NCBI GenBank assembly: GCA_048013815.1
Contig: CM106586.1
Coordinates: 19,964,001 to 20,028,000 of the forward strand
Source: Setoptus koraiensis
Taxonomy: Eukaryota; Animalia; Arthropoda
Reading direction: 5' to 3'
Length of the DNA stretch: 64,000 nucleotides
Shown: positions 38,040 to 47,802 of the stretch, in pieces
How the letters are laid out: each line of letters starts with the position of its first letter
Numbering within the stretch: position 1 is the stretch's first letter
Translations under genes and position numbers: made by a program
The notes under the pieces: generated by a model
What the model was told of the DNA's origin: nothing
What the model saw: only the letters and a program-made list of their open reading frames with translations
The model's database searches: none

Positions 38040-38954
38040 ATGGCGCATGTCATTGAGGATTCCTTTAGCGATTCCGAACGTAAAAGGTATATAGACAACA
38101 ACAGACAACTGGCCCTCGAAAATTCTAAGAAGGATCGTCTACTAAAGGAAATTTATGATGAAAATTTCCTTCTGAGGGATCAACTCCGGGAGGCACTGAA
38201 TCTGGCGGAGAGAAAAGACGCCGAGATTAAAAGGGTCCGAAACCAGATGAAAAATCAAATGAAACTCCTACATTCCATGTGCAAACCAATCGTAGAATAT
38301 TGCGACAATCAATTGACGAATGACAATTTTAACAATAATGACACTTATAGCCTTAACAACAACAACCAAACTTTAGCGCAGTCAATTGATCAACAAGCGC
38401 AGTCAATTGATCAACAAGCGCAGTCAATTGATCAACAAGCGCCCACACCAACTGTTGCGGAAAACCGAAGCTTGGATCAAGACATTGATAATCATGTATC
38501 CACCAATAATCCTAGTGGAGCCAAGTCTAACGATCAGAATATAGCGGAGGATAACTGTAATCAGCTTTTATTACCTCCAATAACGGAAGAAACTGAAAAT
38601 GTATCTAATCAGTCGCAAAATGATAGTTTAGAACCTCGTGAGCTTAATACCTTTGTCCCTTCTCTACATACTGAGGTTCAATTTGCGACACCATCAATAT
38701 TCAGATTCGACGATGATCCTGAAGATTCAGACATTTCCAACAAAACATTGACGCCAAACAAAATGAATCCGATCACTCCAAAACGCAACAGTGTTTTTTT
38801 CTCTTCGTTGAGACCGGATCAGCACTCCACTCCTGTACTTGCGCCTGATCCGAAGAAAAAGACTAAACGAAAGAGAGCAGCTCCCGAGCTGTCGGAAGAA
38901 AATGCTCAAGAAACAATACCCAAACGTCGCTACAACTTACGCAATCGAAAGTAA
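38040..38954 (+). CDS. Coiled-coil protein, shugoshin-like (304 aa, intronless)
   Basis: N-terminal KRYIDNNRQLALENS...DENFLLRDQL resembles the Shugoshin N coiled coil (NN..LA..NS...EN..LR). Disordered middle and basic C-terminus. The ORF is solid; the family call is tentative. Confidence 0.5.
   Translation: MAHVIEDSFSDSERKRYIDNNRQLALENSKKDRLLKEIYDENFLLRDQLREALNLAERKDAEIKRVRNQMKNQMKLLHSMCKPIVEYCDNQLTNDNFNNNDTYSLNNNNQTLAQSIDQQAQSIDQQAQSIDQQAPTPTVAENRSLDQDIDNHVSTNNPSGAKSNDQNIAEDNCNQLLLPPITEETENVSNQSQNDSLEPRELNTFVPSLHTEVQFATPSIFRFDDDPEDSDISNKTLTPNKMNPITPKRNSVFFSSLRPDQHSTPVLAPDPKKKTKRKRAAPELSEENAQETIPKRRYNLRNRK
38376..38438 (+). repeat. Perfect 21-nt tandem repeat x3 (AQSIDQQ) within the CDS
   Basis: gcgcagtcaattgatcaacaa repeated three times. 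Confidence 0.95.
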
Positions 38955-39136
38955 TGAAAGACTCCTGTGCTTGATCAAAGGCTTCACTGAGTATTGACGG
39001 TCACGTGAAATTTGTCTTCTGAACTTTTGTCATCAATCTTATTTACCTCTCCGCCGCCTGATTTGCAAACGGTTCTTCGACAAAAACCATCAACTAAATT
39101 ATATCATTTATCATTTTTACCCTCATTTTAAACGAG

Positions 39137-40009
39137 ATGCCTCGAGTGCAGAGGAACCCCTCTATGCAGAATCATCAAAAAGGAGAATTCAAACAGGAAG
39201 GATATGAAATAGGAGAAAAACTAGATTCAGGTGGATTCGGAACAGTATACAAAGCACAAAGAGATGGAAGATTAGTCGCTGTAAAAGTGATAAAAGTTGC
39301 TCATCCACCAAGCCTTGATGAAGATATGCAAAGGGAACTTATGATTCTAACGAATGTCAGGCATGAGCATGTGGTGCAAACTTTTGATATTATGAGGACT
39401 AAAAATAAGATATATATTTTCATGGAGTTTGCCTCCGGTGGTACAATAGGCAAATTTGTCCGGACCCATGGACCTCTATCGGAAACAGTGAGCAAAATGT
39501 GGTTTCCACCAATAGTAGATGCGCTTCTTTATTTAAAATCTCAAAAGATTGCTCATCGTGACTTGAAACTCGACAATGTACTACTTGATGAATATATGAA
39601 TCCTAAATTGACCGACTTTGGTCTCAGTAGATATGTTCTGTATGATGAGAAAGGTCGTGTCAGACTTACTGATAGCTGGGTCGGAACTGAATCATACATG
39701 CCCCCTGAAATGTTATTGAAAAAGAAGTATAACCCTTTTATCAGCGATATATGGAGTTTGGGAGTTTGCTTGTACGTCATGATGTGTAATGTCTACCCAT
39801 TTGATAGAAAAAATCGACCACAAATGATAGCTAATCAGCTAGGAAGATCTTGGAAATGGGTTGACAGGGTAGCTAAAGCAACTAGCGCTAACCTAAAAGA
39901 TATCGAAAGCAGAATGCTCGAACCTGAGGTGAGCAAGCGTATAACTCTTGAGGGTATCTCAAAACATAAATGGATGCCATCAAATCAATTCGCGGCTAGT
40001 AGTGCATAG
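39137..40009 (+). CDS. Ser/Thr kinase, testis-specific kinase (TSSK)-like (290 aa, intronless)
   Basis: GxGxxG-like loop (SGGFGTV), VAVK, HRDLKLDN, DFG, YMPPE and D.WSLG. Kinase-domain-only CAMK-group architecture typical of TSSK. Confidence 0.85.
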   Translation: MPRVQRNPSMQNHQKGEFKQEGYEIGEKLDSGGFGTVYKAQRDGRLVAVKVIKVAHPPSLDEDMQRELMILTNVRHEHVVQTFDIMRTKNKIYIFMEFASGGTIGKFVRTHGPLSETVSKMWFPPIVDALLYLKSQKIAHRDLKLDNVLLDEYMNPKLTDFGLSRYVLYDEKGRVRLTDSWVGTESYMPPEMLLKKKYNPFISDIWSLGVCLYVMMCNVYPFDRKNRPQMIANQLGRSWKWVDRVAKATSANLKDIESRMLEPEVSKRITLEGISKHKWMPSNQFAASSA

Positions 40010-40608
40010 CAATTAAAGGCACCAGCTACTCTATTTCCAATTGAAGAATCGCTCGAGTCCCCATCATCACCGATCGTTAGCCACGCTAGTGACTCAGATG
40101 AAGATTCAAAGGCTTTCTGAGCAACTTTTTCATTCATTGTTAGTTTAATCTAAAATCATATGTAATCTATACAAAGACAATCGATCTGAGAATTAGATTA
40201 AGCTAGAGTAGTCAGTGCCGCATAATTATATAAACATTAATTTGTTTAGAGTGAAATCTCACTCAACCTCTCAAGTAAAATCTGTAATATATATGTCAAA
40301 TAAATTAGATTATAACAACTATTTCAGTTTGCAAAATTGCTTCTTGACTCAATTTTATATGTAAGTAATTTAAAGTGTGATCGACATATTAAATAATAAT
40401 AGCGTATAATCGTGCTTTTCTTGACTATTCATAGAATTAATTGATAATTTTAATTCAAGTTTGGGTGTCGGAAAATTCCTTCAGTTGTTGATAGATTTGG
40501 AGTATTTCCTAAATAGCTTGATGAGGTCATTCTTTTAGTCTAGAACAGTAATATTTAAAGTGGATTTTGAGAAACACACGTAGTGTCTAGATAAATATAC
40601 AGTGACGT

Positions 40609-41344
40609 TTATTTATCACCCATTCTAACTTTGGCTGTGAGTATAATGGCTACTATGAGTCCAAACAAACCGATAGCACTGGCAAAGATTTCAACGATTA
40701 GAATTCTGACGAACAGACTAGGGTTGGCTGCGTCAGCTAAAGCGGCTCCTGATCCAACAATGCCGACGGATACACCGCAGAATAGATTACATAGTCCTAC
40801 AATTAGTCCAGCGGAAAACATTATATAGCCTGATACGTAGTTTTGTGCCAAGATCTCTATCTTGACAGCGCCTCTAGGATCGTAGTTCTCAATCAGATTT
40901 ACTAATACTACTGCTATGATGACACCATAGATTGCCACAGCTTCACAAAAAATTATAGACACCAAATTCCTTGTCCTTATACGTGGAGCTCTTACACCAC
41001 CGCCTATGATTGAGACTCCAGTGGAGAAGATGCCCATGGCAGCGCCAACCACACTCAAGCTGATGGCTAAAGCTATACCAATATTGCACCACATGAAAGG
41101 TGAGATACCTGAACGCATATGGGAATGAGCAGCAATATTTTGGTTATGAGTAAAAATCTCAGCGTATTGATTATGATAATATAGCTACATATGTGTATAT
41201 TATAGTTTATTACTCACTCTGTAGAAGCCATGCCAGACTGAATCTGGCTCCTCGACCAGATAAAAGATAAAAAAGGGCAACTAACGTAAGAATGGATGTT
41301 GCCGTTCCGTACACTATATACTGGGATGTTGCGAATAGACCCAT
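40609..41344 (-). CDS. ATP6V0B: V-ATPase 21-kDa proteolipid subunit c''; exons 41344-41218 and 41108-40609 (208 aa)
   Basis: Exon 1 MGLFATSQY...RFSLAWLLQ joins [24 protein letters not shown] via a 109-nt GT-AG intron. GGGVRAPRI...FCEAVAIYG and [11 protein letters not shown]. Confidence 0.95.
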
Positions 41345-42534
41345 AATAATGGTATGTTCAGTATTGTACACAATAGAAAGGGGAATGATCTAGGCCAGAT
41401 TAGAGCAAGGTTAAGCGGTTCTAACTTGGACAATAAGACAAATTTAAATCAAAGTAATGGTAATAGATGGGCCATAATAATGAGATTATAGCGACTCAAA
41501 ACCTTTTTTCGTCAGATGCAACAACACTGCACAATGATAACAATATCGAGATTGCACCGAATATGCACACAGATGGGCAATGGGCTCATGCTTTGAATTG
41601 TCATGTTCACTCGGTGGTTCAGTGAAAGCAGACACAGACCATGGTTTTGTTTTCATTTTTGCGGCGCGCCCTCTGTTGCGAACTAAGTCAGTCGAAATGA
41701 AGCCTCAATGTTAAGTTTGTGGCGGTCATTTTGTACAACAAAATGATGTGGTGAAGTGAGGACATGAAGCTAACCAAGTTCATATGGCCACCGGAGGCAA
41801 TACTTTGCATGCTGGTGCAATGCAATCTTGGGTGTGCTGCGAGTCGCTAGCCTTGGCTGTTGAAACCCATCGAACTTTTTTGCAAACCAGGCACACACAT
41901 AGTCATCCGGTGCGTGTCCGAGTAACACTGTGTAAGTGACACGTAGACGGGAAGTGAGGGCAGGCAAGATCTGTGGATTAGAGGAGAATGTGAGACAATG
42001 AGGCGGCCAGAGGCAATGAAAATAGAACTATTTGAGCTAGATTCGTCATCTTTTGGGCGCCATTTTGTCTGAAAATGGCGCTCATAAGAGTGGGTCTGGT
42101 ACAATGGTGGCAATGGTCACGCCTCCAAGTAGTAGCGCAAAAATCGAACTTTTTTATGTGACGACATGTTGGCGAGTTGTCTGTCTAAATAGTGATACTG
42201 ATAATTGTCTTATAACAATTCCACCACAGTTCTATTGTAAGTGGTGCTGGTGCCGGTCTGGCCGATACAACACGTTGTTACTAAGCGCTAGTCCAGTAAT
42301 CAAAAGGACATTTTGGCTGCCATGTTGGTGCCGGTGGCAGAACTGTTTTAGTGGCGGCAACCTTATTAACCAGTTGATATTACAACCAAACCTATATAAC
42401 ACATACACGTGTACATGTATGATGATGCATAAGTATTCGACAGTCGCCAACACACACTCGCACACACGAGAGTGATGGAATGAAAAGTGGAGACAAGTTA
42501 GCCTGGCCAAACTGATGACATTACCACAAGTAAG

Positions 42535-42538
<4 letters not shown>

Positions 42539-42569
<31 letters not shown>
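42539..42569. repeat. (TG)15 microsatellite
   Basis: Read directly. Confidence 0.95.
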
Positions 42570-42571
<2 letters not shown>

Positions 42572-43215
42572 CAGTAGCTAACGTTCACCATGCAAGATGT
42601 GTGACGCTTTTCATTTTTGATGAGCCAAAATCGAATTTTTTGTTTTGTCTTGAAAGGTTTGCGCCTGCCACCAATATTAGGTATGGTAACACAATTAATG
42701 CTACGTGTATCTGCTGTATTTGTATGCGCACTTGGCTGCCCTGATACTTTTATTACACAAAGTGTATATGCCTGCCTAACACTACTAGGCTAGTAGCGTG
42801 TGTGTGTCTATGGAAAGTGAGCCCAGATAAAGATGGTCCACTCATCACCACTACTCATTGGGCACTAAATTAAACAAGCTTGTACGTGCCTGCTCTTCAT
42901 CATGCCAGCGTCTGCAAGTGGGGGCCGACAGCGGGGCTAAACAAACTTTTGCGATCTATGGGCGATCTTTTAGTCGCAATGACATGATGTGATGCGACAC
43001 TCGCATTTACAATTAGACGCACTTACACAAACAACTCCAAGTTTGCACACCAAGACCAATTGTAATAATAGTAACGAATAATTAATTATTTATTTATTAT
43101 TTGATCAATTACTGTTATTATTTGATATTGATAGGAAAAAAAAACAACAAGCACAAATCAGCAGCAAATCGATCAATAATAATCAATAATCAGCCTCCAC
43201 TGCAACGATCAAATA

Positions 43216-44166
43216 ATGGACAGAGGCGATCTCATTGACTTCTTCAACAGTCCGTTCGATTTTCTCATGGATGTTAATAATAAAATCAACGAAGACAATC
43301 CATGGACACGATCCAACTATACGCTCTTTGACCAACTTCTAGACGATAAATATCCCTGCAATAGATCGTCACCGGCCGCACACCAACAAACTTTTGTGGG
43401 CGCCAATTGTAGCAACGCAAAACGTCCAACTATAAACGCCAATCATGCACCGGCACACGCACAACCGGAACAACAATATTGCTCAATCAAAAAACAATTG
43501 CAAACAAAACAACAACAGCAACAGCATCATCTACTACAAGATGACCAATTCTTTCGATATGCCTTAATGCTAGGTCAAAAGTCACATGGCTTCAATCCAT
43601 TCATCGCCAACAATACCAGCAACTATCAAAATCATGAACTTGGCTCCTCATGGGGTCCTATTGGAGGCCCTCGTCCAGTGCCGCCTCGCTCAGCAAGACC
43701 TTCTCTTGGTTCGTCCTCTATTTGGAGTTCATCAGATGAGGAATCGTCCGGCAACGAACAGCAACAAGTTAATTGCACCACGCCCAGACTTCATGTTAGC
43801 AACATCCCCTTCAAATATCGGCGCGAGCATCTTATGAACATGTTCAAGGGCTTCGGCGAAGTAGTCGACGCGGAAATTATTTTTAACGAGCGCGGTTCAA
43901 AAGGCTTCGGCTTCATAAGTTTTGCTCGTGCAAGAGATGCAGCAAGGGCCAAACAGGCCTTGCACGGCGTCGTTATTGATGGTCGAAAAATTGAGGTTAA
44001 CAACGCCACTCCTCGACCAGGTAAAGATTGCGCCGCTACTCAGAACAACATTTCTCCCTCATCTTGCCAAACTCATTCTATGGATCAATTAGATTCGTCG
44101 ATATACTCAAACAACATATACAGTGTCCCGATTACAACAATGCGCCGTCAGAATGCATCAAGTTGA
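43216..44166 (+). CDS. Rbfox/Fox-1-like single-RRM protein, divergent (316 aa, intronless)
   Basis: [12 protein letters not shown]...[14 protein letters not shown]...[15 protein letters not shown] carries the Fox-family signature. The flanks are low-complexity and there is no Tyr/Ala-rich Fox C-terminal domain. Confidence 0.8.
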   Translation: MDRGDLIDFFNSPFDFLMDVNNKINEDNPWTRSNYTLFDQLLDDKYPCNRSSPAAHQQTFVGANCSNAKRPTINANHAPAHAQPEQQYCSIKKQLQTKQQQQQHHLLQDDQFFRYALMLGQKSHGFNPFIANNTSNYQNHELGSSWGPIGGPRPVPPRSARPSLGSSSIWSSSDEESSGNEQQQVNCTTPRLHVSNIPFKYRREHLMNMFKGFGEVVDAEIIFNERGSKGFGFISFARARDAARAKQALHGVVIDGRKIEVNNATPRPGKDCAATQNNISPSSCQTHSMDQLDSSIYSNNIYSVPITTMRRQNASS

Positions 44167-44366
44167 CTTGTACAGATTCACCACGCTCATGACCATCGGA
44201 CGCAACTACAGCTATGTAAACACAACAAAGCAGCCGCATTTACCCAACACAATCATATGATACAAAATTGTCCGCTTATCTTAATAATAATCTCAGCTAA
44301 AAAAAAATATTTCATCAATCAACTTCAGTTTTAGCCCTAGATTTTCATTTATCAATATCAATTACC

Positions 44367-44564
44367 ATGGCGGATGATCGGCGATGCGTGTCATGCACCA
44401 TTATTACTTATAGCGTGATCTCAGGAATTACCTTTTATGGATTGAAAAACTTGAAAAAAGCTCGTGTACCTGGCATCATTTTGTGCATAATAGGATTGAC
44501 TGGATTCACAGCGTTGGTCAAGCGAGACTTTTTTGAAACAGATTCGACGAGCGTCAAGCGTTGA
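44367..44564 (+). CDS. Small 2-TM protein, DMAC1/TMEM261 (DUF4536)-like (65 aa)
   Basis: ATG in good context. CxSC motif (RCVSCT) followed by two hydrophobic helices, as in DMAC1. Confidence 0.55.
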   Translation: MADDRRCVSCTIITYSVISGITFYGLKNLKKARVPGIILCIIGLTGFTALVKRDFFETDSTSVKR

Positions 44565-44795
44565 GCAAAAAGCGATCAAGCAACATAAGTGTGATCACAG
44601 ATTATATTATAAAATAAATATCAAGGCGCTAAAGCGTCTATTTTCAATGAAATATATCAAAGTCCGATGAGGTGTTTATTTAATTTCAATATTCGATTTG
44701 TCATAAGTGTGAAAGTTGTAATAAAACTAAATCAATCTGGAATATTGATCGTTTATTGAGCTCTAAAGGTTGATGCGAATTTCAAAAACAAAGCT

Positions 44796-45335
44796 TTAGA
44801 TGGCATCGCTTATTGCATCTAGAATCCTCCTCACGTTAGCCTCAATATCTGTTGCTTCGTTGCTGGATAGCTCAATCACTTTTTCCTGGCCATAATAGTT
44901 GAGTGCCTCATCGTATATGAGTCTGAAGATCTCTGCTTGAACGTTGTTGCTCACTTTTTCACTACTGTATCCTCTGTCCATCAAACGATCGAATAACTTT
45001 GTGTTATCAGTTCGACACACAAACACTAGATCGATCTGGTCCTCTGGGAACAGTTCGGCATGATGGTGTTCAATGATGTTGGACCGATTTTTAAGAATAG
45101 GTTTTATTTTAGCTCTAAGTAATTTTTCATCAATTTCATGGCAATCTAATATGCTATCATAACCAGAGATACACTTTTCTTTTATAGCCCATTCGCTAAG
45201 ATTTATATAGTTCATATGAGGTAATCGGCATCTTAGTGAATTCACTAACGTTGACTTTCCAGTTCCTGGAGTCCCGCAGATGAGAACGTTAAGCATGGTC
45301 GGCGATTGTTTAGAAGAGCTTTGAGGGTTGTTCAT
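44796..45335 (-). CDS. AK6: Adenylate kinase 6 (hCINAP/Fap7)
   Basis: NVLICGTPGTGKST, Walker-B-like IIEHH, LFPE..IDLVFVCRTDN..LFDRL..RGY...KV..N..AEIF. Confidence 0.93.
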   Translation of the reverse strand: MNNPQSSSKQSPTMLNVLICGTPGTGKSTLVNSLRCRLPHMNYINLSEWAIKEKCISGYDSILDCHEIDEKLLRAKIKPILKNRSNIIEHHHAELFPEDQIDLVFVCRTDNTKLFDRLMDRGYSSEKVSNNVQAEIFRLIYDEALNYYGQEKVIELSSNEATDIEANVRRILDAISDAI

Positions 45336-45660
45336 GGATTAATAATGATCGTAATCTTTCTATTAATTATGTTTATTGAGCTTGATGCGATTCACACTAA
45401 TTAATTAACATTTGTTATTTTATTTGTTTATAGATATATTAAGTATGTTATGATAAAAAAAGTATGCTAAAGTAGTGTATGCTGAATATGTTGAGTACTC
45501 GTGAGTTGCACACGCTTCGAAAGAGAACACGCGTAGTGTCTGCGTCACTGACATCCAAAACAAGTCAGTGGAGCATGCGTGCAGGTTGGACAGCGCCACC
45601 TGGAGATCTAAGCAGGTTTATGTAGAGATCTGGTGGGAAAAAATGCGATTATGTTTGGTC

Positions 45661-46344
45661 TTATTGCCTCTCCATCCTGTATCTCTCCACGAGTTCTAAC
45701 TGTTCAACAAGATCTTTCACTTTTAGTTCAATACTTTTGAATTTATCATAAGATTCTTTTACTTCGGTCAAGGCTTGACTTATTTTCTGACGATCGGGAG
45801 TAGGTTCTTCGCTTTCACGCTCACTTTTGGCTTCCTCCTCGTTGATAATCGCTTCAGATTCTTGAGATTTCTTTTCAATCAATTCCATCATGCTCATATA
45901 TTTTCTTTCTAGATTTTTCTGTATTATGGGCGCGTGTGAAAGCAATCTGTCTTCGAATGTATCCATGGCCTCGTCGACCTTAGTTCTGAGCTCATCCTCC
46001 GAGAGATTCCTCAAATTTTCATAGTGCTGATCGTCAATGGTCGAAGCATTGAAATTCGCCGCCTCCCATGCTCTACTGAATAGATCAAGAGTTCCTGGTA
46101 AGAATTTAGGTGCAATCAATGAGGGCCTAGATCTTCTTCTTTTTCTCTCGATATCACTCTTGTTAGATATTGATGATAGAGTTTTCTCTAATTCGAACGA
46201 TCCTAAAGAGCACTCCTCGACGTCGCTGTCATCGTTGTTATTCTCAACTGCTTTGCAATATTTATCCAAGAGATTCGGCATAGACACATTACCGTCAATT
46301 GGTGCAATAATAGTGGCATCTAAAGTTAAATCTTCGTTATTCAT
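45661..46344 (-). CDS. Uncharacterised protein with acidic/disordered N-terminus and C-terminal coiled coil (227 aa)
   Basis: Long ATG-initiated ORF between AK6 and a divergent promoter; charged heptad-rich C-terminus. No family recognised with confidence. Confidence 0.7.
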   Translation of the reverse strand: MNNEDLTLDATIIAPIDGNVSMPNLLDKYCKAVENNNDDSDVEECSLGSFELEKTLSSISNKSDIERKRRRSRPSLIAPKFLPGTLDLFSRAWEAANFNASTIDDQHYENLRNLSEDELRTKVDEAMDTFEDRLLSHAPIIQKNLERKYMSMMELIEKKSQESEAIINEEEAKSERESEEPTPDRQKISQALTEVKESYDKFKSIELKVKDLVEQLELVERYRMERQ

Positions 46345-46798
46345 TATGTACGATATGATAGATGCGGACTATGTAAATAAAAACTAACAAATGCTTCCGA
46401 TGAATCTATGTGATCTAAATAATATTTTATCAATAGAGGCATGCATCGATTGATTGAGATTGAACGAATAAGCAATCGACAATAATAAGAACAGTCGTTG
46501 TTCTGCTAAACTATTTCACTTATGGATATTTATACTAGAATGTTTATGTGTGGATGGTTCGCGCTTCTAGCATCCGGCATTGTTTATTCATAACAACAAC
46601 AACTGTTTTATATCGTATAATAACAGCAACCGTCGTGATATCCATGCCCGCACTGCCGCTAGACACACCCATCCCGCTGATCCGTGGCCCAACCCGCCGG
46701 ACTGTTCAATAAAATGGTCGCCCGCGGAAGCGGTCACAGTAAAAAAATGCAAACCACAATTGAACTTGCATCACGTGCGATAGTCGATATGTATAAGA

Positions 46799-47665
46799 AT
46801 GTTATCCTCATTGACATATCGAATCTCTACTTCGAATCGTGCGATGGCTTCTTCCTTGAAGGTGATACCTTCATACACTAGGACCTCCATATTGGCCCAG
46901 AAGGCAATCGTTCAAACAAGCATCAGGTTTAGACAATCTCGGCGGCGCATCCTTGAAAACCTATCGATGCAGAAACGAATTCCCATGCCCAAATACAGGA
47001 ACTCACTATCAAATCTTGAACCGCTAACTGATGTTCTACTTGAGACAAGAATCGATTCACTCGAAGAGAATTGCAAAAGAAAGTTGGAAATCTACAAACA
47101 GTATGTACCTCCCAAATACAACACTGTCTTACTTGAGGCACTACTCGGAGCCAAAGATATCGATCACCTTTTAAGGGTTATCGATGAAAATCTCGAACAT
47201 ATGAACAGTTTCTTGTTAGCTGTATCACTAGAGGCACTAACTGACCATATTAGACTTGCTTCAGCTAGTACCGACACAATATTGGTTTCACCGGAGTTCA
47301 AGAGATTGAGTACCATGCTTCTCTACAAAATGAGATATTTTGAAACCGACGAAGTGTTGAAATTGTTAAATTGTTTGACAGTATTGAATGTACCAGGAAA
47401 TAAGTTGATATCTCAATGTGCTTTTCAAATGACCAGATACTTAATTAATGACTTCAACATGAAAGAATTGAGGCACTTGAATGAGATATTAACAAAATTC
47501 GATGATGACACAAACCTAGTCAGCTCGATCAGGAAGGCTTTGCCGATCGCTTATAGGCGCCAAAGAAGTGAAAAACTGTTTGTAGATAAGGATGATATCA
47601 ATAGGCTTAGCCTGGAGGATACGGGGTTCTTGAATGAACCAATTCAAAAATTGAAAAAGAAGTAG
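46799..47665 (+). CDS. Probable mitochondrial helical-repeat protein, FASTK-family-like (288 aa)
   Basis: Arg/Ser-rich mitochondrial-presequence-like N-terminus. SPEFKRL...E.LKLL..L..LNVP..N...FQM.R..INDF resembles the FASTKD/TBRG4 N-terminal helical region; no RAP domain. Confidence 0.5.
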   Translation: MLSSLTYRISTSNRAMASSLKVIPSYTRTSILAQKAIVQTSIRFRQSRRRILENLSMQKRIPMPKYRNSLSNLEPLTDVLLETRIDSLEENCKRKLEIYKQYVPPKYNTVLLEALLGAKDIDHLLRVIDENLEHMNSFLLAVSLEALTDHIRLASASTDTILVSPEFKRLSTMLLYKMRYFETDEVLKLLNCLTVLNVPGNKLISQCAFQMTRYLINDFNMKELRHLNEILTKFDDDTNLVSSIRKALPIAYRRQRSEKLFVDKDDINRLSLEDTGFLNEPIQKLKKK

Positions 47666-47802
47666 GTGCACAAAGAATCTATATAAACAGTTGGAGTATT
47701 TTATTTGTAGTTACATTTTCTTTCATCTATGTCCAAGCTCAAAGAAATTTTTAACGTTTAAGAAGTCTTTAGTCGATGGATGACATTTGTAGCACTAGCC
47801 AT

